From Octopus sinensis (Eukaryota): a DNA stretch of 64,000 nucleotides. Shown here in pieces: positions 52,180 through 64,000 of this stretch; the first letter of the stretch is position 1, and every line of letters begins with the position of its first letter. Location of the stretch: NCBI RefSeq assembly GCF_006345805.1, contig NC_042997.1, positions 118,606,001 through 118,670,000 of the forward strand. The letters are read 5' to 3'. A program made the translations under genes and the position numbers. A model generated the notes under the pieces. That model was not told where the DNA came from. It did not search any database and saw only the letters and a program-made list of their open reading frames with translations.

Positions 52180-52510
52180 CGCATGGCTCAGTGGTTAGAG
52201 CGTCGAGATTACGATCGTGAGGTTGTGAGCTCGATTCCCGGACCGGGCTGCGTGTTGTTTCCTTGAGCAAGACACTTTATTTCACGTTGCTCCAGTTAAC
52301 TCAGCTGTAGAAATAAGTTGCGACATCACGGGTGCCAAGCTGTCTCGACCCCTTTGCCTTTCCTTTGGATAACATCAGTGGTGTGGATGGGGAGGCTGAT
52401 ATGCATGGGCGAGTGCTGGCCTTCCAGAAACAACTTTTCCCGGACTTGTGCCTGGGAGGGTAACTTTCTAGGTGCCATCCAATGGTCATCCATGACCGAA
52501 GGGGGTCTAA
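52180..52510 (+). mobile_element. tRNA-derived SINE family C2
   Basis: gcgcatggctcagtggttagagc...ctcgattcccgg...ccttgagcaagacactttatttc; homologous to 60384-60715. Confidence 0.8.
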
Positions 52511-52645
52511 ATTGCTGTGTATAGTAGGTTGAAACCTGAAATAATTGAGCTGCATTTTACAATAAATAGTTACTATTGCTATTTTCCTTGTTGGTCTCTA
52601 ATTTAAATTGAGGAATTAAAATTCAAGCTCAGAGCATTGTATTTA

Positions 52646-52886
52646 TACGGGGTGACCCCCAAAAGATCTACTCACTCTTTGACTTTCCAGTACTCATGCA
52701 TTTTGTGTTCAAGTAGATGTTTATTGATATGCATACAATCTTAAAAAGTTAAATTAAATTCAGGAAAATATATTGTTGTAGAAACGATTATTTATTGTCA
52801 TTTAGAATTATTTAAAATAAAAGCAAAACAATACATCAGTAATCGTCCGTCAAAGAGTGAGTACATCTTTTTGGAAAAACTCTGTA
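52646..52886. mobile_element. Tc1/mariner-type MITE with TA target duplication
   Basis: TA-cggggtgacccccaaaagatctactcactctttgac ... gtcaaagagtgagtacatctttttggaaaaactctg-TA. Confidence 0.8.
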
Positions 52887-53465
52887 TTTAAGATGTAGTT
52901 TATCCGAACTACGTTAACCTAGAGGTAGATGTCCATCAATTTGGAAGGAGAACTGACTGCTATTTCTATTGGGTTGAACAACCAGGCAGCCGCTTCTCCA
53001 TTGTCTCATTGATATAGTTGCACGATTAAGACATAACTAAAATATTGAAAGCAAACGAAACCAGGGGAATAAAGTACATTGTTTTGCTTAGAGAATATTA
53101 CATATAATCTGCATTAGCTTATAAAAAAAATAAGAAAGTCCTATTATTCCCTAGTGTAGTTAATTGTATTTACTAGGATTGTCCACTGTTATAGTGTATA
53201 GACAAGTTCTGAACAGATGTTAGCTTATAGCACATAACTCCAATATATTTCAATATATATAATTCCGCATAAATCGCTTAGTTTCTTACTCTCGTAAAAG
53301 GTTAAACTTGTCGTCTGGCTCTGCGTGAAAGTGGGAACGTTGCCATATATTTTATGATGACTATAAAGTTATTATTATCTGAGCTAAACAATCATATATG
53401 AGTAGTATTGTAAGCTGCAAAGAAATGAGTTTTCAAATGGGAATTCTTCCCTTTTATGAGTAGAA

Positions 53466-53597
<132 letters not shown>

Positions 53598-53664
53598 GCG
53601 TTAAACTAGTACATATGTTTTTTGATTACAAGCCGTGTTCGTCTTTTGTTTTTTTATAAATTCT

Positions 53665-53701
<37 letters not shown>

Positions 53702-54000
53702 CATTTGTACCGTTTATTTGACAGTCAGCAGACCAGGTACTGAAGGACTGTAATTATAGTTCTAAGAGTGGGATCGTGTCCGTGTGTGTCATAGACGTAG
53801 AAATCACACACAAAACATCTACATAAGCACCAATGTATATGTGTTCGTCTTTGTCTACGCATATTCATACATAAATACATAGGTACGTGTTTGTACATCT
53901 ATACGCAACACAAACACATACACACACACACAACAATGCAAATATACATGAATATATGTTATATGTTTTTATGTTTTTGTATATTGGCAGATGAAGATGC

Positions 54001-54042
<42 letters not shown>

Positions 54043-55283
54043 GTAATTATGTGTTTGTCCGTATACATGCATTCATCTCTTATTATAAAAGGCAGATTTT
54101 ATCTGCCTCCCTTTGGGAGTTATAGAAATCTACAATATAGGATTTCTTCAATTACAATTTACCTAGCATTTTTAAGAGTAGAATGCATCGCGTCATGCCA
54201 GGTCCAGTTTTTAAAATTTAAACTCCAATTAAGCAAAATTTACAGAAAACTCACATTCTGGTGTGTGTGTCAAATGCTTTTCTTAGTCTGGTTTACACCA
54301 CACGCAAACGCACACACACAGTGTGCAACGAATAAAATGAAAGTAAACAGCGACAGAGTGATTTGAGGAAAGTATTTAAACCACTACTCAAAAAATAAAA
54401 AAAACACAGCAAACAGAAACAAATAAATACATAACCATTTACTCCTCACACAATTTCTTCAATTAGAATTTACCTAAGATTTTTCAAAGTACTCCATTCG
54501 CTCATGCCATAATATATTTCTTTCAATTTCACCCCCAATTAAGACAAAATTCGAGAAAACTCAATATTTTAACATATCACTCCGAAAGCATTGATGTACA
54601 TGTGTGCGTGAGTGAGTGTGTGTGTGTGTCATTCCTCACACACACGCATACACATACATATACAACTACATACAAATACATACACATACAACTACATACA
54701 AACACGTGTGTGTTTGTTATTAGTAAAAAGGCGCCAAAACCCAACTCACTTATCATTCCAACACATTTGCAAAGACACACGGACGGACAGAAAAGGTAAA
54801 TTGGTTTTTATTTTACTCTGTATATATTTTATATATAATATTATATATAGATATATGTATATATAATTGCAGTATGAAACAGTGTTTATGTATAAACAGA
54901 CGACACTTATATATAGTTATTATAATAAGAGATTAATAAATGTATGCATCCGTTTAACCCTTTCGTTACCAAGCCGCCCGAATTTACCTATTCATATTTA
55001 AATGAGAATATCAGAGCAAATCTCTTTAGTACATTCGTGAAAACACGTATTATACTTCGGAAACACTTCAACTACAGTTTTGTACAAAAATCGAAGTGTA
55101 ATTTTAATTCCGTGATTTATGGGAGATTTTCTTCCGAAATTTGTTCCTATTGTGTTTTCAAAATTTGTAATTCTGACAAAAAATGGATACGAATTTCATT
55201 ATATCAAGCAGCGAGTCAGAATTCGAAGGATTTTCTACTGAAGACCTTCATAAATCTAACTCTATGACTGAATAAAAAAAGCA

Positions 55284-55678
55284 TCTTTATATAAGAGTGA
55301 AGTTGTGTGTCTGTCTCCTACGATTTAGATTCCTAACTACTCCCACATTTTGCGGTGCAGTTTAACCAAAAGCGTGTATCTTATAGTCGTGATTCATATC
55401 GAGCCCTTCTAGGTATTAGCGTGCGTCTACGATGAGTCTACGATTTAAAAAAAAATTACCATCATATTTTTCCATTTTAATGCATTTTTTTCGCTTTTAT
55501 ATAAGGGAAGTAACTCTCTAAAAATATCTACGATGTGTCAACGATTTAAAAAAAAAATTATCTTAATTTTTTTTCAATTTTTAATGCATTTTTTTGCTAT
55601 TTTTTGGCTATAACTCTCTAAAAATGCTTATATAGTTATTTCCCTTACAACCCGAGCAACGCCGGGCGATACTGCTAG
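55284..55678 (+). mobile_element. Complete non-autonomous Helitron (395 bp)
   Basis: A|TCTTTATATAAGAGTG... to the hairpin cccgagcaacgccggg and ...actgCTAG|T; insertion between A and T with no TSD. Confidence 0.92.
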
Positions 55679-56221
55679 TATATATATATTACAAATTGAT
55701 ATTGTCGATTTTTCTGCTTATCCTCGTTCATAAGACATAGTTTATTTTTTAACGTGTAATCCAGCCAAGGTTTAATATACTGTTGAATGAATAATGTTTA
55801 CCAAATAATGTTTACCAGTTAAGTACACCAATCTGATTTGTAACTCTATCTGAGTCTAATAAAAAAATCTGAAATTATTGATGCTACCAACACAAACACA
55901 AACAAAAGCCACGTATCTGAATTTTTTAGTGACCGTACACATTTTAATCTATGAAATTCCATAAATCACACTGAAAGAATAATAGGCCAAACTGCACAAT
56001 TATTGAACAAAAGCTACAGTGCTGTCCCCGGTTAGAGCCAAGTATAAACCCATCTTGTAAATCAAATTATACACTCTTATACACTCTGATAAAATGATAA
56101 AACCGGTTTCGAAGTATGCTATTTCAAAGTTACAGGAAAATCTTCATAAAAATATATTTGATATTCTCTACAAATATATGGAATGGTTCCACAGCGATTG
56201 TACTTATGAACACTCACCACA

Positions 56222-56278
<57 letters not shown>

Positions 56279-56549
56279 ACATATACACACACAACTCACA
56301 CACACTCATTCACACACACAAACACACAATTGTACGTAAACAAGCATCCAAATAAATATTTGCTAAAATGTGTCCCACTTCAGTTGTCTTTATGCTTTCT
56401 GCTTTGTTCACGACTTTCCCAGTATACATAGAGACACGCCCGTAGGCACACACGCACACAAAAATCATACACACACGCATATATTTTGAATGAATGATGC
56501 AGAAACGGAGTGTAACTAATAGTTTTATAAGCACAAGAATCGTTTCGAC

Positions 56550-56930
56550 TTCGTTCTGCACATACATACATACATACATACATACATACATACATACGTA
56601 CGTACGTACATACACGCATACATACATGCATAAATACATACATAAATACGTACATACATAAACACATACATACATAAACACATACATACATACTTACATA
56701 CATACATATACACATACATACATATATACATACATACACACACATACATACATACATACATACGTACATACGTAAATGCATAAATACATACATAAATACG
56801 TACATACATAAACACATACATACATAAACACACATACAAACATACTTGCATACATACATATACACATACATATATACATACATACACACACATGCATACA
56901 TACATACATATATAAATACATGCATGCAAA
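56550..56930. repeat. (CATA)n-based compound satellite with an internal duplication of about 150 bp
   Basis: gcataaatacatacataaatacgtac... occurs at 56628 and 56778. Confidence 0.8.
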
Positions 56931-57049
56931 AATATCCTGTTGTTGATGCCGAAATTCCAATGAAGGAACCTTGGATCTGGGTTAGAAACCGTGTATTTCT
57001 CTATTGGCAAGAAATCTTGAAATAAACTGAATAATGACACACATATATA

Positions 57050-58640
57050 AAGAATATGCATGATATGGAAAGGAGTCTTGACCTAATTACAACATTCTTA
57101 AATGATGTAGGTTTGGAATTTGGTCAGGATAAATGTTGTCATATGGTTGTGATAAAGGAGAAAATTATAAATGTTACAGGTATGTGTGGGTGGATGAAAA
57201 TATATCTTACAATGTCACCTGTAATAAAACACGTGTCGCTAAAGAATATTGCAGCCGAATAAAGAAAATTTGAACCTCAGAACTCTCTGCATTCAATAAA
57301 ACAGTGACCTGTAATGTGTTTGCAGTTCCAGTACTCATACCAACATTTGGGCTGCTTCATTGGACGCTTGATGAGATCGGAATCATTGACGTGAAAACAG
57401 AAAAGCTACTAACAAGCACACATAATTTCCACATAAACAGTGACGTAGACTGCCTCTACCTAAACGAAACCAAGGCAGCAGAGGCTTAACATCAATCCAA
57501 AATGCTTTTGAATGTTGTATCATATCCCCTCGGCAATATCTTTTAACCACCAAGTGTCAAAGGGCATCCTTCGTCCAAAGTTTGCATACATGAGGCTGAA
57601 AACATCATAAGACTTGGAATGCAGATCCTTGAGCAGCATTCTTTGTCTCATAAGATAGAATACATGCCCAAAGAAGTCGCACGACTCTACCGCAACATAT
57701 CCTCGGATGACAGGATGAGCATATATGAGTAGAAGACTATGCATGGCTATGATAGTTGAAAGCTCCGTGATGATAGTAACATCGGTCATCAAAGTAGTTG
57801 ATCATGGACTAATAGCCTGAATACTACCTCCCACATTGAAGGGTATGCAATTGCAATCCAAGAACATTAAATATTAACCAAGTAACTGATGCACAAAAGG
57901 GATAGGGATGCAGGTAAAGCCATAAAATGTGACAATCGATGCAGACTTGTGGAGTTCACACTGAAAATATCATCCATATCATAAACATTTGTTCGAAAAT
58001 GCTGTCACGGTATTATCTACAACTTTGCTGGGAGACTCTATAATGAAATCCGTAGGAAGGATAATCCAGAGGCCAAAGAAATAAGAACCCACAGTATGGT
58101 AGAAGGCATAGCCACTGATAATAAAAAGGAATGCTGGTGGAATGTCCCAGTGAAGACCTCAATAAAATGTAAGCACAACAGACCTGATATAATGATTTGG
58201 GATAGAGAAGATAAACTGTGCACAGTTGTGGAAATTAGGTGCCCAGCAGATGTTAACATAAAGCTGAAGATCAATGAAAAAGAGAACACCTATACTGAAC
58301 TATTGAAAAATCTGCAGTTATTCTCACCAGATTACAAGTTCACCTTTATACCTGTAAAGCTTCTCAAAACCTGAAAGTAGAAAGCTAATTCAAAGACTAC
58401 AGATCCAATCGCTCACTGGAAGTGTAAAAATCGGTAAAGCTTTCCACAAGTTTATCATTTAAATATATATGAGCATGTCTAGAAATGTAACTATACGCAT
58501 AAGAATATATACATAAACCATACAAATCTGCACATACATACAAACAAACAAAAATGCACTGTTGCTGGTTTTGAAATTCCAGTGAAGGACACTTCGATCT
58601 AGACCAGAAACCGGTTCTTCATAGCCACAAAATCTTGAAA
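57050..58640 (+). mobile_element. 5'-truncated non-LTR retrotransposon with restriction-like endonuclease (R4-like), degraded
   Basis: RT end (DVGLEFGQDKC; AVPVLIPTFGLLHWT), zinc-knuckle region (CDNRCRL..ENIIHII), RLE motif (HNRPDIMIWDREDKLCTVVEIRCPADVNIKLKINEKENTY). Confidence 0.85.
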
Positions 58641-58790
58641 TAAACTGAATAACGTCATGCATGCATACATACATGCATACATACATACATAGTTATACAT
58701 ATATGTGTGTGTGTATGCGTATATATATATATATAATATATATATATATATTTGTATATATATATTATATATAGATATATATATATTTGT

Positions 58791-58835
<45 letters not shown>

Positions 58836-58846
58836 TATACATACAT

Positions 58847-58901
<55 letters not shown>

Positions 58902-58987
58902 TATATATGTATATATATATTATATATGTATATATATATACGTTTATTATTCGAAGTGTACATTACTAAATATCCATTACAGCCCAT

Positions 58988-59105
58988 CTTACCAATCGGT
59001 TTCTCTCTAGGGATTCAATTGTGTGTTACATAATAATCCGATTATGTAACCCTGCGCTCAGGTGACAATCTATTATGTCTCCCTACGACAAAACCGATTG
59101 GTAAG
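58988..59105. repeat. Small nested foldback
   Basis: cttaccaatcggtttctctctaggga / tccctacgacaaaaccgattggtaag, with an inner gttacataat..attatgtaac. Confidence 0.75.
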
Positions 59106-59342
59106 TGCGACCCTAATGGATATGCAATATTCTACACCTTGAATAATACAGCCACTCTCTTGAGAGATATACGAGTGCATTTTTTCTGAGCACACACACA
59201 CACAAACACACACACAAACGCATACACACACACACAAAAATAACAGATACACACGCACAAACATGCACACACACAGACACACAAACACACATCTCTCTCT
59301 CTTTCTCTCTCTCTTTATCTGTCTGTCTGTCCGTGTGTCTGT

Positions 59343-59386
<44 letters not shown>

Positions 59387-59387
59387 G

Positions 59388-59493
<106 letters not shown>

Positions 59494-59715
59494 ACTTATA
59501 AATAAGAGCAAACGAAAAAATTTCTAATGCAAATATGCCGAAAATTGGACATATTGTCCATTACCATATACTTTTTCACAATACGCACGCTACTCGAAAA
59601 AAAGCCGACAGAAATTTCAAAAAAATTCCATTATCACCATTTCAGTCCGATTTCAGGGTTAGTTCGTAAGAACCCTCCCTTAAATATGGCAAATAAATAA
59701 ATGAGATACTTACTC

Positions 59716-60012
59716 ATATATATATATGTGTGTGTGTGTGTGTCTATATATAATAGGGAATATAATTCCAAAATATACTGGGAAAAATTCAATTTAACAA
59801 TTTTAAATCAAATTTCACAATATATAATATATGTAAATATATTTGAAAATATAACCATGAAATGCGCGTAGTCTTTTTATTACTATTTACTATTTATTGC
59901 ACTTTACTGACCTTTAGAATAAGGTTTTCATAGTATACGTTTTCTATATGGTGTAAATAACATCTGTCATTATTGAATTGTTTAATAGAGGTTTTTTCTC
60001 TTAATTATATAC

Positions 60013-60055
<43 letters not shown>

Positions 60056-60346
60056 GTGTGTGTGTCTATATATAATAGGGAATATAATTCCAAAATATAC
60101 TGGGAAAAATTCAATTTAACAATTTTAAATCAAATTTCACAATATATAATATATGTAAATATATTTGAAAATATAACCATGAAATGCGCGTAGTCTTTTT
60201 ATTACTATTTACTATTTATTGCACTTTACTGACCTTTAGAATAAGGTTTTCATAGTATACGTTTTCTATATGGTGTAAATAACATCTGTCATTATTGAAT
60301 TGTTTAATAGAGGTTTTTTCTCTTAATTATATACATACATACATAC

Positions 60347-60380
<34 letters not shown>
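59716..60380. repeat. Tandem duplication, unit 322 bp, bounded by (TA)n(TG)n
   Basis: ctatatataatagggaatataattcc occurs at 59744 and 60066; the bodies appear identical. Confidence 0.95.
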
Positions 60381-60383
<3 letters not shown>

Positions 60384-60715
60384 AAGGCGCATGACTCAGT
60401 GGTTAGGTCGTCGAGCTTACGATCTTGAAGTTGTGAGTTCGATACCTGAACCGGGCTGCATGGTGTGTTCTTGAGCAAGACATTTTATTTAACGTTGCTT
60501 CACTTAACTCACCTGTAGAAATGAGCTGCGACGTCATAGGTGCCAAGCTGTATCGGCCTTTACCTTTCCCTTGGATAACACTGGTGACATGGAGCGGGGA
60601 GGCGGTATGCATGGGCGGCTGCTGGTCTTTCATAAACAACCTTGCCCGGATTTGTGCCTGAGAGGGTAACTTAGTAGTTGTAATCCCATGGTCATTCATG
60701 ACTGAAAGGTGTCCC
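60384..60715 (+). mobile_element. tRNA-derived SINE family C2
   Basis: ggcgcatgactcagtggttagg...gagttcgatacc...ttcttgagcaagacattttattt. Confidence 0.8.
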
Positions 60716-60742
60716 CGATAGGTGTATATATATACATACATA

Positions 60743-62786
60743 TACAGGGTACGTAACATATTTGAGCAGAGATTTAGGTTTATAAAAAAATCATTTATAT
60801 AATAAGAGATAATTTTAGTTATCAAAAAATACTAAAAGGTTAAGAACAAATCTTTTCTGTAATGTTACTGAATAAAGCCACATTCAGGTTCAACAACCGC
60901 TTCTATATGCGGTTTAATTTGTGTGCATGCTCGAATCAAGAGATCCTGGTTCATTTTGGACATTACTCTGACTATGGCAGCTTTCAAAGTATCTTTAGTG
61001 TCATGGGCTTTTTCATTGACCTCTCTCTCAACAACACTCCACATGTAATAGTCCAATGGATTAAGATCTGGGGAATTAAGAGGACAAATGTTAGGGGTTA
61101 TGTGATCATGAAAATTTTTAGCTATCCATTCCTGTGTTACTAGAGCCATGTGTGCTAGTAAAGATTCTTACTGAAACACATATGGCTTTCCTTGTCAAAC
61201 ACTGTCTATTCCGGGCTTAACAATTATTTCCAGGACCTCAACTTAGGCAGCAGAGTTTGCTCGAAGAGGTTCTAGAAAGAAGTCAGGAGGCATTGCATAT
61301 AATTCATTGCTGACAACTCCCAAAGCCATGACAATTGCAGGAAATGTTGTATGCATTACTCTTGGAACTTCCGAAGGGTCTATACATAGCCATCTGTCAT
61401 TTCGTCTCTTTTACTCTTTAATTTGTTTCAGTCATTTGACTGCGGCCATGCTGGAGCACCGCCTTTAGTCGAGCAAATCGACCCCAGGACTTATTCTTCA
61501 TAAGCCTAGTACTTATTCTATCGGTCTCTTTTGCCAAACCGCTAAATTAGGGGGACTTAAACACACTAGCATCGGTTGTGAAACGATGTTGGAGGGACAA
61601 ACACAGACACACAAACATATACACGCACATACATATATATACATATATACGACGGGGTTCTTTCAGTTTCCGTCTACCAGATCCACTCACAAAGATTTGG
61701 TCGGCCCGAGGCTATAGCAGAAGACAGTTGGCCAAAGTGCCACGCAGTGGGACTGATCCCGGAACCATGTGTTTGGTAAGCAAGCTACTTACCACACAGC
61801 TAAACCTCTGTTTACTTTCTGATCTTGCTCAAAGGTTTTTCTCGTCTGAGAAGAACCAAATGACATCTTTTCTGCTGGATTTTTAAGTTTCTTGAGGAGA
61901 CTTTTAGATCTGATAAAGCGATTTACTTTCACTGTCTCTGACATGAAATGACCTTTTCTCATCGCATAAAATCTGTATCTGATGTCTATGTAGACAACAT
62001 TTCTGACCCATGGTGTTCCTTTGCAAACAACCTCGTGGATCGTCTGTTAACTCTGTGTAAAGAAGTAACGAGGCATCACATATCCGTCATTGCTGACAAC
62101 ACCGAAAACCATGACAGTTGCAGGAAATTTTGTATGCATAACACTTGTAACTTCAGAAGGGTCTGCACATAACCATTTGTCATTTCTTCTGTTAACTTTT
62201 TGATCTTGATCGCACTTTTTCCCATTTGAGAAATACCAAATCAAGTCTTCTGCTGGATTTTTCAGTTAGTTTAAGAGGCTTTAAGACCTGATGTAGTGAT
62301 TTGTTTTGCTTTTTTCTGACAAATTGACCTTTCCTCATCATATAAGACTTATATCTGATGTCTTCGTGGACTCCATTTCTGACTGTTCCTTCTGACACAC
62401 GGACAACTTTTGCAACTGACCTCATGGACTTCCTGGAATTGTACTCAATGGTCTGTTTAACTTATTGGATAATTTCAAGTGTTCTGATTATTTCAGAGCG
62501 TTTAGAATGCGTTTTATGGTTTGATACTGGTGATACATTTCCATCATCAGTATCTACCCCCTTACAAACTTTACAGACAAAAGATCTGGCAAATTTATAA
62601 ATCGAGATATTTCTAAATCGCTATGCTCAGCCTTTATAATCACAATAACAGCATGCTTCTTCATTTCGCGAGTAAGCTGAGGGTCTGCCATTATTATTTT
62701 CTGAAACGAAGATTATACAGAGTTAGTAAAAAATACAGCAATGACCCAAAAACATATGCCCACAAAAACATTACGCACCCTCTGTA
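60743..62786 (-). mobile_element. Tc1/mariner (maT/DD37D-like) remnants: two partly overlapping copies with an inserted SINE
   Basis: HITPNICPLNSPDLNPLDYYMWSVVEREVN; RNDKWLCADPSEV..VMHTKFPATVMVFGVVSNDG occurs twice (about 61330-61400 and 62080-62190); degenerate TIRs tacagggtacgtaa / ttacgcaccctctgta. Confidence 0.8.
61408..61800 (-). mobile_element. SINE family D nested in the mariner remnant
   Basis: Homologous to 13212-13665; transposase sequence resumes on both sides. Confidence 0.85.
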
Positions 62787-63049
62787 TGTATATATATATA
62801 TATATATCGTTTTGTGATTTGGTTTGCAATATTCATTATATGAGTTCGTGTGTTGAAGCATATTCTGTTGTGTCTGGGGAGAGTCAATTTCTTTTTGTGC
62901 GTTATAACGTAACACACTCACCGGTAAAATTTCCACTTTTTTCTTATTTTTATTTTCCTAAAATTTTCGTTGCGTCTTGCAACCTTTTCAATAGTTTTCA
63001 CTCTGTCCTATATTTACACTGCAACACAACTTCCCCGAAAATACTGCCT

Positions 63050-63651
63050 TACATATTTACATACAACCTCAGAAACAAAGAAGCTTTCACTATCATTATC
63101 CAGAATTTACCGATGCTTCATAAGGACCCCAAATTACAGGAAATTCTAAACATACATAAAATCATTAAAAGCCACAAACAACCTAAATCACTAAAAAAGA
63201 TCCTCACAAAGGCAAAATTGCTTTTTGAAATAACGGATGCCAAAGTAAAAAAAAATGTGTTTGACCAAATTGCGCAACATGCCCAAACCTTCTAGAACGA
63301 TCAGAATTCCTCTTCAAAGAGGGACAAAAATTCAAAATCAAATCGAATTTTACTTGTGCTTCAGAAAACCTAATTTATGTCATAAGATGCTCGGGCTGCC
63401 ACCAAAACTACATAGGCTCCACGGGATTATCGCTCAGACGCAGATGCACTGCTCATCGACAACAGATTGCATTCCCAGAATACAGAATGATACTCTTTAG
63501 TGAACATATTGAGAAATGTGCACAGCAACTACTACCACAATTTTTAATCTTTCCATTCTATCAATGTGCTATTGGAATACCAACACAAATTAGATTAAAT
63601 AAGGAAACATTCTTCATTGAAAATTATAAACCAAAACTTAAACATTTCTAA
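63050..63651 (+). pseudogene. Penelope-like element 3' fragment: RT-endonuclease linker and GIY-YIG endonuclease
   Basis: IIKSHKQPKSLKKILTKAK, then (frameshift, one stop) CATCPNLL...FTCASENLIYVIRCSGCHQNYIGSTGLSLRRRCTAHRQQI...SEHIEKC...KETFFIENYKPKLKHF*. Confidence 0.9.
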
Positions 63652-63937
63652 CATTTGTATACAAGGAAACTCATCTCATTGAAAAAGATATAAAGCGATT
63701 ATCTCCCCCATACCTGAAGAAATCCCTGATTACCTTCCCCTGCCTGGAACTCTTCACTTCATAGCGACGAAGACAAGACACGATGTTGGTAAAGAAATTT
63801 GAGAAATTTGAAAAGAAAATACGAAACCGCTTATTTCTCCCAAATCTATGTTACTATACCCAAAATTTTTCTAACATAACGACCTAATATATTCTTTAAC
63901 CTTATAACACAAGCCTTCTGTAGTTTTTTCACTCTTT

Positions 63938-63996
<59 letters not shown>

Positions 63997-64000
63997 TAAG

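Noticed and set aside
54950-55270. piggyBac-like left end TTAACCCTTT
   Set aside because: No matching right end was found; too little evidence to call an element.
56950-57000. HHR-like layout in the R4-like 3' block (CCAATGA...GAAAC cgt GTA; also at about 58575-58620)
   Set aside because: The essential G5 of CUGANGA is absent in both copies and stem II is misregistered.

Overview
AT-rich, microsatellite-dense metazoan DNA. The SINE families and (TA)n/(CA)n/(CATA)n/(TATC)n density are typical of an octopus (coleoid cephalopod) genome; this is an inference. No host protein-coding gene can be supported, and almost all listed ORFs are microsatellite or repeat artefacts. Recognisable content is transposon-derived: a Rep-deleted Helitron with a frameshifted PIF1 helicase (5757-9059, -), non-autonomous Helitrons, Tc1/mariner remnants, RTE LINE fragments (one with a twin-priming structure and TSD), an RLE-type (R4-like) LINE in a (CATA)n tract, Penelope-like (GIY-YIG) remnants, and many tRNA-derived SINEs. 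The most interesting signal is a set of hammerhead ribozyme (HHR) motifs: (i) a tandem array of about three ~490-500 bp monomers, each with a type I HHR with a palindromic stem III (4124-5530, retrozyme-like); (ii) short foldbacks with head-to-head HHRs (best at 23361-23560 and 49038-49198); (iii) a minimal HHR at 43624-43666; (iv) several foldbacks keeping only the GAAAC-Nn-GUH half. Several near-identical duplications bounded by microsatellites and some noisy repeats may be long-read assembly artefacts. Coordinates were counted by hand; SINE and degraded-element boundaries are approximate.
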